Notes under the pieces: model-generated
The model's input: only the letters and a program-made list of their open reading frames with translations
Databases searched by the model: none
Told to the model about the DNA's origin: nothing
Part shown: piece after piece, positions 9,901-19,381 of the stretch
How positions within the stretch are numbered: position 1 is the first letter of the stretch
How the letters are laid out: each line of letters opens with the position of its first letter
Position numbers and translations under genes: made by a program
Origin: a virus
DNA: 64,000 nucleotides
IMG/VR virus record: IMGVR_UViG_3300046471_000128
Coordinates: 32,001 to 96,000 of that record
Strand: one strand, 5' to 3'

Positions 9901-12750
9901 CGGCGTGAGGGTATCCGCCACATCCTTGTAGCTCGACAGGTCGTAGACCTCGGCCACGTATTCGAGCGCCTTGATCGCGCGCGTCATGTCGGTCGAGCCG
10001 AGCGTGATGTCCGTGATGCGGAAGGACTTCTTGACCTTCTCCGTCTCGCCGAACATGTAGTTCGTGAACTGATCGGGCACAAAGCCAAGGGGGCTGCGCA
10101 GCGTGAGCGTGTCGGTGTCGCCCACGGCAAGCGTCACATCGTGGTCCTCGATCACGTCGGTGTCCCAGAACGTGATCGGCTGGCCGGCGGCGAAGCCGTT
10201 GGCCGAATCGACGTAGACGCCATCGCCTACGACCGCCGTGATGCCCGCCTCAACGCCGTTTGCGTTGCGCACGCGGCGCACGCGCATCGTGGTCGGCGTG
10301 CCCGGGATCGCGAGGAAGTTATCCCCCACGGACGTGACCGTGCCCGTGCCGCGGTTGGCGGTGTTCGCGAGCAGCAGCAGCTTGTAGGTCTTGCCGGCCG
10401 CCATCGTGACCGTCTTGTCGAGCTTGATGACCGACGCGGAGCTGCCGCCGGCAAGGCGCCCGGAATACGCCCACGCCGGCTGATCGTGCTGCACGAGCAC
10501 CACATCGCCCGCTGCGCACGCGAGCGCCTCGATGGGCGACTGCCATTCAGCGGTCTGCGTGAGGTAGCGGTTGATGTTGAGCTGGAGCGCGCCCTCTTTG
10601 TATGCGCGCTGAATGTCGACCACGCCGTAGGCGGTGATGGCCGCGGCATTCTGCGGGCGACCTTCGAGCGCGGCCGATGCGTCGGCCACCTTCACCGTCT
10701 TCGACTTGTAGTCGTCGTCCTTGTCCGAGAACGTCACGTCCACTTCGGTCGCGCGGTCGGTGCGGCTCATCCAGCTTTGCTTGAACGTGCCCTCGACGAT
10801 GTTGCCCATGCCGAACATCATCACGGGGTCGCTCGCGCGCTCGATGATGACCGAGTAGCGCGTGCCGACCGGCACGAGCTGAGCGTGGCCCGTGCGTGCG
10901 ATGTATTGGCAGGCGTCCCAGATGTTCATGTTCGTGTCGAACACGCCGTCGTAGGTCAGCCCGTTTGCATCGCAGTGCTCGGCCAGATCGAAGAAGGCGT
11001 CGCGGTTCAGGCGGCTCGTGTCGATGCCGCCGCCGTAGCGCCAGTGCGTGAGCGCGTCCCACAGCACCCAGGCCGGATTGTTGTTCGCCTTGTCGACCTG
11101 GCTGATGACGCCGCTTGAGCGCGTGAAGGTCGGGATGACGCGCCCGCCGTTGATGAAGGTGACCGACGGCACGCCCGAAATCTGGTCGTCCATCTTCACG
11201 CGAATCGCGAGCAGCGCCGTGTGGTTGTAGCCGACACCCTCGTAGAGGATCTCGTTCACGTCACCCACGTAGCAGTCGGAGCTCGCGGTCGTGCTCGTGT
11301 CGGTGGTGATCTTCGTGCCGTGCGTGTTGGCCGAATAGTCGATGTAGTTCGGGTTGCGGCGCACGCGCACTTCATACTTGCCGAGCGTGAGCTGCGGCGA
11401 GAGATAGCTGCGGCGCACGGTCGACTGGAGCTTCTCTGTCACTACGAGCGCGGCGCTGCCGGCGGGCACGGTGACGGCCACCGACACGGTGCCCGCTTTC
11501 GAGACCGGCCACTTGCTCACCTGCTGGCCCACGTAGCTGCCGTATTTCGCCATGACCGCGGCGCGCACGGTGTCGAGCACTATGCCGTTATCGGTCGAGA
11601 TATTCAGGTCCGTGATGACCTGCGTGGCGTCCCACTGGTAGTTCTCGCTGTCGTAGAGCGTGCCGGGCACGTTCCCCACGCCGATGCTCGTGATAGGCGT
11701 CACGCGCGCGTTGACGTAGCGCGGCGCGGAGTTGGTGAACGGCGTCCAATCGCTGCTGCCCACCAGCCGGTAATCGGCTTCGAGCGCCACCGAGTTGTTC
11801 TCGAAGCTGCCGCTTTTCGTGCTGACGGAATACAGGCCGCTCGGGAAGTTGAAGTCCACCCGCACGGCCTCGACGTTGCCCTGCGTGGCAAACGTAAGGT
11901 AGCTGCCGTCCTTGGGCAGCTTCACTTGCTTCGAGTAGGGCGTGATGACGGAGCTGAACCAGTCGATCGGCGCCTGCATCGGGTCGCCAAGCCGGGTCTG
12001 CACCGAGACTTCCGAGAATTCGGAGAGGTCGCGGTCATTGATCTTGATGCCCGAGATGGACGCGATCGGCCCCTCCCCGGCATTGATCAACATGTAGAGG
12101 ATCTGGTTGTTGCCGTCGGCTTCGGTATGGACGCCGATTACGTTGCCGGCGGTGCGGAACGTGCCGTAGGCGACCGGCGTCGGGATCATTTCCGCCGCGG
12201 TGTTCTTCGCGCCGTCGGCGCCGTAGGTGGAGCTGGCAGCCAGGCCGCTATTGGTGTTGACGGTGGCGACCGCCGGCGGCAGCACTGCGTTGAGCAGCAT
12301 GGAGCCGGCGATCGTGACGGCGGCGGCCACACCCGCCTGCACCATCGCGAAGGTGGTGCCCAGGCCCGCGGCGGCCGCTGCCGACGCACTGGCCGCACCC
12401 GTATAGGCGGCCGCTGCCAGCCCGCCCGTGTAGACCGAGGCGACCGCAATCGCGATCATCCCGACGATCCGGAAGATGCCCTTGCCACCGCCGCCCTGCG
12501 GGACCGGGCAGATCACGATGAAATCGTTGGGCTGAAGACGCGTCTTGGCGAAGCGCTCGCGATCGATAGCGAGGCCGTTGAGCGACACAACCACATCGGT
12601 CGCTTCGCCCAGCGGCAGATAGCGATCAAGCGTGTAGGTCTTGCGCCACTTCCATTGCTCCTCGCGCACGTCGCGCATCGGCTCGAACGGGTTGGTGATC
12701 CGTCGAACCTTCACAAACTCCGCCGCCTTCTTACCCTTCGATGTATTCAT
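6913..12750 (-). CDS. Tail tip / central fibre protein J (host specificity) with fused N-terminal gpI-like region
   Basis: 1945 aa; ubiquitin-like N-terminus ending VPQGGG; PTPVAYG, NNPAWVLWD, Fn3-like segments; TARANADSAL coiled-coil repeats; C-terminal YTVKIDNNG..SGFGL. Confidence 0.9.
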   Translation of the reverse strand: MNTSKGKKAAEFVKVRRITNPFEPMRDVREEQWKWRKTYTLDRYLPLGEATDVVVSLNGLAIDRERFAKTRLQPNDFIVICPVPQGGGGKGIFRIVGMIAIAVASVYTGGLAAAAYTGAASASAAAAAGLGTTFAMVQAGVAAAVTIAGSMLLNAVLPPAVATVNTNSGLAASSTYGADGAKNTAAEMIPTPVAYGTFRTAGNVIGVHTEADGNNQILYMLINAGEGPIASISGIKINDRDLSEFSEVSVQTRLGDPMQAPIDWFSSVITPYSKQVKLPKDGSYLTFATQGNVEAVRVDFNFPSGLYSVSTKSGSFENNSVALEADYRLVGSSDWTPFTNSAPRYVNARVTPITSIGVGNVPGTLYDSENYQWDATQVITDLNISTDNGIVLDTVRAAVMAKYGSYVGQQVSKWPVSKAGTVSVAVTVPAGSAALVVTEKLQSTVRRSYLSPQLTLGKYEVRVRRNPNYIDYSANTHGTKITTDTSTTASSDCYVGDVNEILYEGVGYNHTALLAIRVKMDDQISGVPSVTFINGGRVIPTFTRSSGVISQVDKANNNPAWVLWDALTHWRYGGGIDTSRLNRDAFFDLAEHCDANGLTYDGVFDTNMNIWDACQYIARTGHAQLVPVGTRYSVIIERASDPVMMFGMGNIVEGTFKQSWMSRTDRATEVDVTFSDKDDDYKSKTVKVADASAALEGRPQNAAAITAYGVVDIQRAYKEGALQLNINRYLTQTAEWQSPIEALACAAGDVVLVQHDQPAWAYSGRLAGGSSASVIKLDKTVTMAAGKTYKLLLLANTANRGTGTVTSVGDNFLAIPGTPTTMRVRRVRNANGVEAGITAVVGDGVYVDSANGFAAGQPITFWDTDVIEDHDVTLAVGDTDTLTLRSPLGFVPDQFTNYMFGETEKVKKSFRITDITLGSTDMTRAIKALEYVAEVYDLSSYKDVADTLTPPMLDPSQAAIGVVQNVSAYEETYVQGAQILSQVRTTWAQPVAGNYAGAKVFVQKNGGAFNLTGTVKADTSFIVPGVQKGDQLTIKVQAFDIWGKDSSYDQSPMVSYKVVGTVTALSTAVVSGADYLWAGRDCKLFWRYNSVTASFEFGSEPNGADTGARDPHFLDYEIRVYAKPNYGTKDQRLLRTEHTTDNSYIYTYEKNFVDGLHRELVFEIAVRDQFGNVGKAAVLDCYNPPPTVLTAATNANFESITVSFTHSDDPDYAGARIMLRWSGDVGAPATPAYDGPDTTVLLSGLMFNADYYITIVPYDAFGLDETIPTNEIHVHTPFLDVEAIAEGVLKDSQLIPALKTRIDLVDAPDTIIGSVNNRLKNTSDTLTATANALNASLTTAITNEATTRKNATDSLATQINTVSAATNSNGAAIQSETTARTTADSALGTRIDTVVAQSNGNTAAIQTETTARANADGALSTRIDTLLATTNGNTAAITSEVSARTTADTALSTRIDTLAANTGNNTAAVQQEASARTSADSALATQINTVAASFGFDATNLCANPVAAGGLTTGWTNNTAVGGTTGDVPLGAPAAYVFRQNIRDNSYTTRTVPVSGGQTHYLEMRAATPVAAVPISIGLHLTGAGKSDTWVFAATQAATSTWTRMAGNVTIPDGYTTAELYVMIDFGASSNNDKNRWYYTDIEWRPASQVQPAMAAISTEQTARANADGALSTRIDSVNASLGTTNANVQTEINARAAGDSANASSITQINSTLGSHTASISTQQSSLNGLNAQYTVKIDNNGLISGFGLASYPINGGIVSEFAVHAQRFSVWIPGYPGIQPFTIGVVNGQPRVIISNALIGDASIANAMIGDAQINSAKIAYAAINTAHIGQAQIDTLRIGPNAVSTMASWGGTGVPTYYASGGDVLVFISANLGLYNSSTGANQSGQASVTVNGQQVVIGNDRGDRACSFMRITGMNGAYAVNIQASGSGVSNVQTAIFEAKR

Positions 12751-13123
12751 AGAACCCGTCGATCCGTTTTTCCCACTCCGAGAGCCGCTCGACCGTCACG
12801 CCGCCCGATGGCTCCCACGCATGAATGAATAACCCGTTACTCACCGTATAGCCGACATGACACACCTCGCGGCCGATCTTGAAGAAGATCATCGAGCCGA
12901 TCTTCGGGCCCGGCAGCCGGCGCCAGAACTCGCGCGAGGTAATCATCAGCGCGTGCGTCGCGCCGCTGTCGTTCGGCGTTTTATAGTCAGGCACAACCTG
13001 GCCCGTCGCGCGGTGGATCAGAAACTTGACGAGGCCGTAACAATCGAACTCGTCGGGGCCGCGGCCGCCGCGTTTGAACGGCGTGCCGATCAGGTCAACG
13101 TAGGTAACGGGTGACTTATCCAT
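12731..13123 (-). CDS. NlpC/P60 tail tip protein (lambda K-like)
   Basis: GTPFKRGGRGPDEFDCYGLV, HVG and FIHA motifs. Confidence 0.85.
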   Translation of the reverse strand: MDKSPVTYVDLIGTPFKRGGRGPDEFDCYGLVKFLIHRATGQVVPDYKTPNDSGATHALMITSREFWRRLPGPKIGSMIFFKIGREVCHVGYTVSNGLFIHAWEPSGGVTVERLSEWEKRIDGFYEYIEG

Positions 13124-13124
13124 T

Positions 13125-13760
13125 TTACGCTACGACGAGGTTGCTTGAAACCAGATTTGGCGAGCCGCCGAAGTTGATGACGTTGTTGTGGGCGCGGCAC
13201 CCCATCGCGCCGCCGAGCGTGCGGTCGCAGCTCGCGAGGCTACCGTTGTAGCGGCAGGTGCGCGCGTCCTTGTAGACCCACTGGCAGAAGTCGCGCCGTT
13301 GCAGGCGGCGCGGGAACTGCTTGGTGAGCGCATTCTCGGCACCGAGCGTCCACGAGGCGACGTAGTTGTCCACCGCCCCCGTGACGATGACGAAGTGCTC
13401 CTCGACGTCGGGCGCCTCGTTGAGGCCGCCGGCCTGACACACGCGAATCGTCACCGGAAAGTCGGTGCCGCCGTCGTGGTCGTTCATCAGCTTGATGAGC
13501 GCGCCCGCGTAGTCGATGAGCGACACGGTGATCTGCGGCGCGCTGCCGGCCACCGTCTTGAGGTCCAGCGAGAACTGCATCGGCTCGTAGGTGATGCCCT
13601 GCCGCACGACCGACTCGGTGTTGTTCACGAGGTAACGCGTTTCGGTCACGGCGCCCGTGGTCGGATCGATCACCCCCATGTCGAGGAAGGCGAGATAGGG
13701 AACGTCAGAACCGATCCGGTTCTTCTCGATGATGCTGGCAACGGAGATTTGAGCGGGCAT
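13125..13760 (-). CDS. Minor tail protein (lambda L-like)
   Basis: C-terminal Cys pattern CQWVYK..CRYNG..CDRTL..C..FGG. Confidence 0.8.
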   Translation of the reverse strand: MPAQISVASIIEKNRIGSDVPYLAFLDMGVIDPTTGAVTETRYLVNNTESVVRQGITYEPMQFSLDLKTVAGSAPQITVSLIDYAGALIKLMNDHDGGTDFPVTIRVCQAGGLNEAPDVEEHFVIVTGAVDNYVASWTLGAENALTKQFPRRLQRRDFCQWVYKDARTCRYNGSLASCDRTLGGAMGCRAHNNVINFGGSPNLVSSNLVVA

Positions 13761-14129
13761 TTAAGCCTCCTGCAACTTGAAGGTGACGGACCAGAGCGCT
13801 ACGCCGCCCGCGCCCGAGTAGGCCCACTGCAGCGTGGAGTCCTCGGTGAAGCGCACGAGCACGAGATCCTTCGAGACGGGGTGCGTGAAGTTGAAGATCG
13901 CACTGCCCCCGTGCATGGCGTCGAAGTGCGCATCGACGGCGGCGCGCTGGGCGTCGCTGAAGTCGGTGAACCCGCAGGTGAACGTGCGCCGCGGCTTGCG
14001 CGTGTGCTTCGGGCGCGAGACGACGTAGCCGCCGTCCATCTTGGCGACCATCGCGGGGTTTTCTTTCTCCTGCTGGAATTTGCTCGAGTCCAGCAGGTCG
14101 TTGAGTGGCAAATAGCTGTAGGTGGTCAT
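13761..14129 (-). CDS. Distal tail protein (lambda M-like)
   Basis: Follows tape measure; GGSAIFNFTHP and VTFKLQE motifs. Confidence 0.75.
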   Translation of the reverse strand: MTTYSYLPLNDLLDSSKFQQEKENPAMVAKMDGGYVVSRPKHTRKPRRTFTCGFTDFSDAQRAAVDAHFDAMHGGSAIFNFTHPVSKDLVLVRFTEDSTLQWAYSGAGGVALWSVTFKLQEA

Positions 14130-17100
14130 TTCAGTGCGCCTTTCATACCGTCGCGGAAGGAACCCGGCTGGCTTGCCGCGGTGAGCACAACGTCAAGGAT
14201 CATCTTCTGGCCGTCAAAGCGCGGCGACCCCTGCTGCTGACCCTGCACGCTCTGGCCGGTCTGGTTGATAACGTTCACGACTACGCCGCCGGCGCCGCCC
14301 GACTGCTGCTGTTGCTGGCCGCCGGTGATCGTCACGGGAATGCTGCGGCCGTCGGGCAACGGCACGAACGCCTCGTTCATCGAGCCTTCGCCGTAGACCG
14401 CGACCTGCGGGCTGTCGGCGATGCCGCCGTTCGCATACTTGCGCAGCGACATCGGGCCGAACTCGGTCATGATCCCGCCGTCGGCGAACTTGTATTGGCT
14501 GCTCATCTGGCCGCCGGTGTAGTTCCAGTTGCCGAGCGTGTTGGTGCCGCCCTGCACGCCCATCAGCGTCGACGGCGCCTGCATCGAGGCGGTCTGCGAG
14601 AGCATGCCCTCGGTGGCCGAACCGGCGCCACCGAAGTAGGCCGACGCGAGCGCGCCCGCGATCGAGCCGAGCGCACCGCCGATGCCACCGCCACCGCCCG
14701 AGGTTGCCTGGATCTGCGAGAGCGCGGCCGCGGCGTATTGCGCAGCCTGCCCGAGCGTCATCAGGGAGTTTTGGGTGGTCGTCTCGGTGGTCTGCACGAC
14801 CATCAGGTTTTTCACGTTGTCTTCGAGGGTCGTGCTGTAGTGCTCGCCCGCGCCGAAGAGCTTCGTGAACATGCCCCCGACTGCATCGAGCGGACCCTTG
14901 AGCATCGCGGGGAGCGCGCTGCCGGCGCCCTCGGCGGCCGCGGTTGTGCCGCGCCCCTCGTTCTTGCCGTTGCCGCCGATTACCCCGACGAAACCCTTTG
15001 TGAGTCCGTCGAACATCTGCTGCAGGCCCCCGCCCATGCTCTTCTGGAGCGAAATCTTCAGCATGTCGGTGGCGATGCCTTCGAGCAGCTTGCCGAACTG
15101 CATCTTGCCGGTGGTCACCATCGAGACGAAGGTGTCGATGGTCGAGTTGGCCCAGCCGGTCGAGGCGTTCTCCATCTGATTGGTGGTGTCGCCCCACTTC
15201 TGCGCCAATTGCTCCATCGGCGTTTCCATCTTCTTGAGCCAGCTCGCGTGCTCAACCGCACGGCGCTGTTCAATGATAGCTTGCTCGACATCAACCTTGC
15301 CGCCGAGCTTGCGCACCGCGTCGAGCCTTGCAGCGTCTTCCTTCTCCCACGCCTCGCGGGCAATGCGGAACTCCTCCTCCAGCTGGTCCCGCTTGTTCTG
15401 GATCAGCTGCGCGTTGATGGCGGCGGTGTCCTTGCCAAGCCCGCGCGTGTAGTCGACCAGATCCTTCGTCGGCGCGACCAGCAAGAGCTTGCGTTCTTCC
15501 TCGGTGATGCTCGCGACCGCCTTCGCCGCGTTAAGCCCCGTGACGTGGATCTTGTCGAGGTAGTTGAGCATTCGCTCGTTATTGGCGCCGGGCTTGGTCG
15601 TGTAGTCGCCCGAGGCAAGCAGGTCCAGCGAGCGCTTGAGCTCGTCCTCGGCCGGTGCGAGCTTCTTCTTGATCTGCGCGAGCTGCTCCTTCGCCTTGGT
15701 GACGATTTCGAGCGCCGTCTTGTCGTCGATGAGCTCCTGGACCCTCGGGTCGCTCATGCTCGGGCTGGACTTGCCACCGCCCTTGCCGTGCGTGACGTAA
15801 TCGAGCTGGCCGGCGTCGACCATCTCCTTCACCTGGAGCTCGACGCCCTTGCGAAGTTGCTCGTAGTCGGTCGCGCCCGTCTGGATCTGACGCAGCTGCT
15901 CGGTGGCGCCCGCCAACTGCACCTTGACGTGATCGAGGCTCTTTTCGAGGAAGTCGGTCGGCGCCGCGGTGTGGCCGCCGTTGTTCTTTGGCGCGACGAA
16001 CTCGTTCGGCGCGGCGAGCGCGACGCCCTGCCCCTGTGCGTTGGCGATCTCGTCGGTCAGGCGCTTTTGCTCGCGCGCGGCGGCGATAGCCTGCGCCTGA
16101 GCTTCCTTGCCCGTGCCGAACCCTGCGGCAATCGCTGCGTTGATCCTGTCGCGGCTGGCCGTGAGCACCTTCACGCGCTCATCGGTCGCGGTGATCTGCG
16201 CGGCGTGGTTGTCGGCCGTCAGTTGCTTTTGCAGCGCGATGTATTCGGCCGAGTCCTTCTTCATGCCGGCGGTGCGCTTCTCGAACGCCTGCTGGCGCTC
16301 AGCGTTGAGCTTCGACGAGTTCGCCGTGATGTTCGAGAGCGCGGCTTCCGAGTCCTGCTCGTATTTGCTCGCGAACTTGTTGGCGTTGAGCGCCGCGTTC
16401 TGCTGGTCAACCGCACCCTGCGCCTGGTCGCGCGCAGCCTTCATGTCGCTGGCGCCCTTCTGCAGCAGCGCGATCTTTGCGCGCATCGCCTTGATCTCGG
16501 GGTCGTCCTCGCCCCGCGCGCCAATAAACTCGCCCTGCTCGTTGGCGCCCGACTTGCGCTGATTGATCTGCGACTCGAGGAGCGAAATCTCAGCCTGCTT
16601 GTTCTTCAGTGTGTCGTTGAGGTTGTCAACGGTCTTCTGGCTCGCGTCGCCCTTGGCGATGATGTTCTTGATGTTCGCGGCGTCGGCGGCGGCCTGCGCG
16701 GCGGCGCGCGCGTGGTCGCGATACTTGTCCCACAGCGCGATGCCGCCGATGATCGCCAGCGAGACGAGCCCGATCCAGCCACCCAGCGCGTTGAACGCGA
16801 ACTGCAGGCCCATGATGCCGGTCTTGAGCGCCGCCGCGCCGAAGGTCATCTCCGTCATGTTGGCGATCGCGCGGCGCTCGGCGGCGATCTTGGCAGCCAG
16901 TGCGGCGTTCGCTTCGACGAGCGCGGCGTTTCCTGCGCTGGTCGCGACGTTGAGCTCCTGCTGGGCAGCGGTAGCGGCCGTCTCTTCGGCAATCGCCTGG
17001 CGCAGCAGGTTGTTTCGCTCGGTGAGCGCGACGGCTTCCTTCTCGAGCAGCGCGATTTCAGCCCGGAACGACACCAGCCCGCGCTCCATCTCTTCGGTGA

Positions 17101-18601
17101 GGCGCGCCTGCGCGGCATACTCTGCGGCGGTGGCTGAGTTCGACGCCATGCCCATCTGGGCGCGCTTGTATTGCTCGGCGAGCAGCGCTGCGCTGTAGCC
17201 CGCTTCGGCGGCCGTGAGCTCCTCGAAGAGAGCGATCTTCGCGGCGAGCACTTTCGCGTTGCCCTCGATCTCCTTCTGGTATTCCGCCTGGCGCGCGGCG
17301 TCGATCGCGGCGTAGCGCTTGTCGTTGGCGACCATGAGTTGCTGGTTCGCCGCGATTTCGCGGGCGAGCGCTTCCTGTCGCAATTCGCTTTCCATCGCGA
17401 TCGAGTCGCGGCGCGCCTGGTCGGCGGCGAGGATCTGCTCGGTCACCGAGAGCTTCTTGGCGGCCACCACGCCCTCTGAGGCAATCGCATTCGCCGCATA
17501 CTCGCGGTAAGCGGTCACGATGCCCGCGAGCGCGTTACGCGTGCCATTCAGCCAGCTCGCGACCACCGTCACGCTGAAGGCGGCGAGCACGACCTTGCCG
17601 AGCTCAAGCAGCTGCGGCAGGTATTCCTGCAGCGTGGTGCGTCCCTCATGGAAGAGGCCAATCATCGAGACGAACTGGTCGCTTAGGCCCTTGGCCCACT
17701 CGTGCGCCTGGGGCGTGCCGAAAAGCCCCATGATGTCGTTGAGCTCGTCCTTGGTCGCCTTGAAGAAGCCGGAATCGGCCACGTCCATCTTGAACAAGTC
17801 CCAGCGCGTGTTCAGCTTTTCGAGCGTCCCGAGCCACGTCTGCATCTGCGCCGCGCCCGCGCCCGCCGAGTCGTTGGCGAACACCGCGAGCATCTTCTTG
17901 ATCGCCATTTCGGACGACACGGTGCCTTTGGAGATCGCCTTGGTGAGCTCGCCCATCGTCATGCCCATGCCCGTCGCCATCGCTTGCGCGGCGCCCGGCA
18001 CGGCCTGGGAAAGCTGCATGCGCAGTTCTTGCAGCGAGACGACGCCCTTGCCGGCCATCTGCTGAATGGCGAGCGACGCGCTCTTCAACTGTTCGGAGCC
18101 ACCGCCGTATTTCGCCACTTCATTGAGCAGCGCCGTCATCGAGCCCTTCATCGGGTCGATGCCGACCGTCTTGAACTTGACGAAGGTGTCGGTGAGCGCC
18201 TGGAGCTTGAACGGAACGTTCTGCTCAAGGTTCAGGATGAAATTCTTGCCGAGTGTCGCGTCGGCGGCGCGCCCCGCGTCGGTAGCCGCCGACGAGAGCC
18301 CCTTCAACACGACCTGAAGCTTCTCGATCTCGCCCGAGGTTTCGAGGATGGCTTTCGGGAGCGACAGGAAGACGCTATCGAGGTCCATCAGGGCGAACTT
18401 CACTGCCCCGATGGTGGTCACCCACTGGTGGAAGGTGACACCGGCCGAGTTGATCTTCGTCTCGATCGCCTTGACCGCCTGGCCGGTGCTCTCGAATTGT
18501 GCTTCGAGGGCCTTGAGCTGCGCGGAGCTTGCCTGCGCGGTGACCCGGAAGCCCGAGTCGTCAAGGATCAGGTTATAGCCAATGTTCTCGAGGGTGCTCA
18601 T
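14126..18601 (-). CDS. Tape measure protein
   Basis: 1491 aa, helical and Ala-rich; AIQQMAGKGVVSLQELRMQL TMP motif; C-terminal FADGG/YANGG..GEGSMNEAFVPL. Confidence 0.92.
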   Translation of the reverse strand: MSTLENIGYNLILDDSGFRVTAQASSAQLKALEAQFESTGQAVKAIETKINSAGVTFHQWVTTIGAVKFALMDLDSVFLSLPKAILETSGEIEKLQVVLKGLSSAATDAGRAADATLGKNFILNLEQNVPFKLQALTDTFVKFKTVGIDPMKGSMTALLNEVAKYGGGSEQLKSASLAIQQMAGKGVVSLQELRMQLSQAVPGAAQAMATGMGMTMGELTKAISKGTVSSEMAIKKMLAVFANDSAGAGAAQMQTWLGTLEKLNTRWDLFKMDVADSGFFKATKDELNDIMGLFGTPQAHEWAKGLSDQFVSMIGLFHEGRTTLQEYLPQLLELGKVVLAAFSVTVVASWLNGTRNALAGIVTAYREYAANAIASEGVVAAKKLSVTEQILAADQARRDSIAMESELRQEALAREIAANQQLMVANDKRYAAIDAARQAEYQKEIEGNAKVLAAKIALFEELTAAEAGYSAALLAEQYKRAQMGMASNSATAAEYAAQARLTEEMERGLVSFRAEIALLEKEAVALTERNNLLRQAIAEETAATAAQQELNVATSAGNAALVEANAALAAKIAAERRAIANMTEMTFGAAALKTGIMGLQFAFNALGGWIGLVSLAIIGGIALWDKYRDHARAAAQAAADAANIKNIIAKGDASQKTVDNLNDTLKNKQAEISLLESQINQRKSGANEQGEFIGARGEDDPEIKAMRAKIALLQKGASDMKAARDQAQGAVDQQNAALNANKFASKYEQDSEAALSNITANSSKLNAERQQAFEKRTAGMKKDSAEYIALQKQLTADNHAAQITATDERVKVLTASRDRINAAIAAGFGTGKEAQAQAIAAAREQKRLTDEIANAQGQGVALAAPNEFVAPKNNGGHTAAPTDFLEKSLDHVKVQLAGATEQLRQIQTGATDYEQLRKGVELQVKEMVDAGQLDYVTHGKGGGKSSPSMSDPRVQELIDDKTALEIVTKAKEQLAQIKKKLAPAEDELKRSLDLLASGDYTTKPGANNERMLNYLDKIHVTGLNAAKAVASITEEERKLLLVAPTKDLVDYTRGLGKDTAAINAQLIQNKRDQLEEEFRIAREAWEKEDAARLDAVRKLGGKVDVEQAIIEQRRAVEHASWLKKMETPMEQLAQKWGDTTNQMENASTGWANSTIDTFVSMVTTGKMQFGKLLEGIATDMLKISLQKSMGGGLQQMFDGLTKGFVGVIGGNGKNEGRGTTAAAEGAGSALPAMLKGPLDAVGGMFTKLFGAGEHYSTTLEDNVKNLMVVQTTETTTQNSLMTLGQAAQYAAAALSQIQATSGGGGGIGGALGSIAGALASAYFGGAGSATEGMLSQTASMQAPSTLMGVQGGTNTLGNWNYTGGQMSSQYKFADGGIMTEFGPMSLRKYANGGIADSPQVAVYGEGSMNEAFVPLPDGRSIPVTITGGQQQQQSGGAGGVVVNVINQTGQSVQGQQQGSPRFDGQKMILDVVLTAASQPGSFRDGMKGALK

Positions 18602-18611
18602 CTTCGTCCTG

Positions 18612-18878
18612 TTACTCGGTTGGACGGGCCACCATCGCCTTCAGCTCTGCGAAGCCCGCTTCGTCTCGCTCCGCCTTCAGCGGGTCGATCACTTCATCTT
18701 TGGCCGGGAAAACCTCGGCTCGGAGCTTGGCTTCGTATGCCTGGCAGGCTTCGCCGCTCTGCCGGTTTACGTGCAACATCAGGGCACGGAGATCAGTCTC
18801 CGCGAGCAGCCGGTTGATGTTGCGGTTGAGGGTCCAGAAAGCGCGAATGGGAAGCTGCATCACTTCCCAATAGGTCAT
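18612..18878 (-). CDS. Tail assembly chaperone, -1 frameshift extension (gpT-like)
   Basis: In the -1 frame relative to 18953..19306 and open continuously from the slippery site. Confidence 0.8.
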   Translation of the reverse strand: MTYWEVMQLPIRAFWTLNRNINRLLAETDLRALMLHVNRQSGEACQAYEAKLRAEVFPAKDEVIDPLKAERDEAGFAELKAMVARPTE

Positions 18879-18952
18879 GCCGTAGTGCAGCTGGACCCGG
18901 GTAAAGATCAGCCCGAAGTCGAGTTCTTCGGGCTTTGCCTCACCAGCTGCGG

Positions 18953-19306
18953 TTACTTTTTTTCGTCACCCTCGGCGCCGGCCGACGCGTCTTTCGCGTC
19001 GGGATCGAACATGCCGCGAATGAACGCGGTCAGGATGCCGAGCTTCTCGAGCGGCAGCTTGTTGAGCACGTCTTCCGGCACCTCCGGCACCGCGCGCTTG
19101 ATCGAGGCGATCATTTCGGCGAGTTGGATCTTCGGATCGGTCACCCCTTCGAGGCGCTCGGCCGCGAGGTTCGTTTCGATGAAGTCCTCGACATTCATTT
19201 CGCGCACGTCATATGAGACACCGCCCAGCGTGATCTGGCGTTGCGGGGCCTTCGTCGGCAGCGTGTCGAGGTTCAGAATCTTGATGTTTCCGGCATTCTT
19301 GGTCAT
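18953..19306 (-). CDS. Tail assembly chaperone (gpG-like)
   Basis: Between major tail and tape measure; ends GAA AAA AAG TAA. Confidence 0.85.
   Translation of the reverse strand: MTKNAGNIKILNLDTLPTKAPQRQITLGGVSYDVREMNVEDFIETNLAAERLEGVTDPKIQLAEMIASIKRAVPEVPEDVLNKLPLEKLGILTAFIRGMFDPDAKDASAGAEGDEKK
18956..18962 (-). other. Programmed -1 frameshift slippery site A AAA AAG
   Basis: Slipping gives AAA AAA GTA ACC..., in frame with ATG 18878 (78 nt downstream). Confidence 0.85.
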
Positions 19307-19381
19307 GGTGTTCTCGATGTAGGCAGGCCGGCATTACGCCGGCCTTGATATGTCACCCGTAACTCATCTACGGGGCAGAAC

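Noticed and set aside
8011-17137. Long plus-strand ORFs (8011..11118, 14105..17137; likewise 2212..4329)
   Set aside because: Antisense shadows of GC-rich minus-strand structural genes; Arg-rich with no motifs
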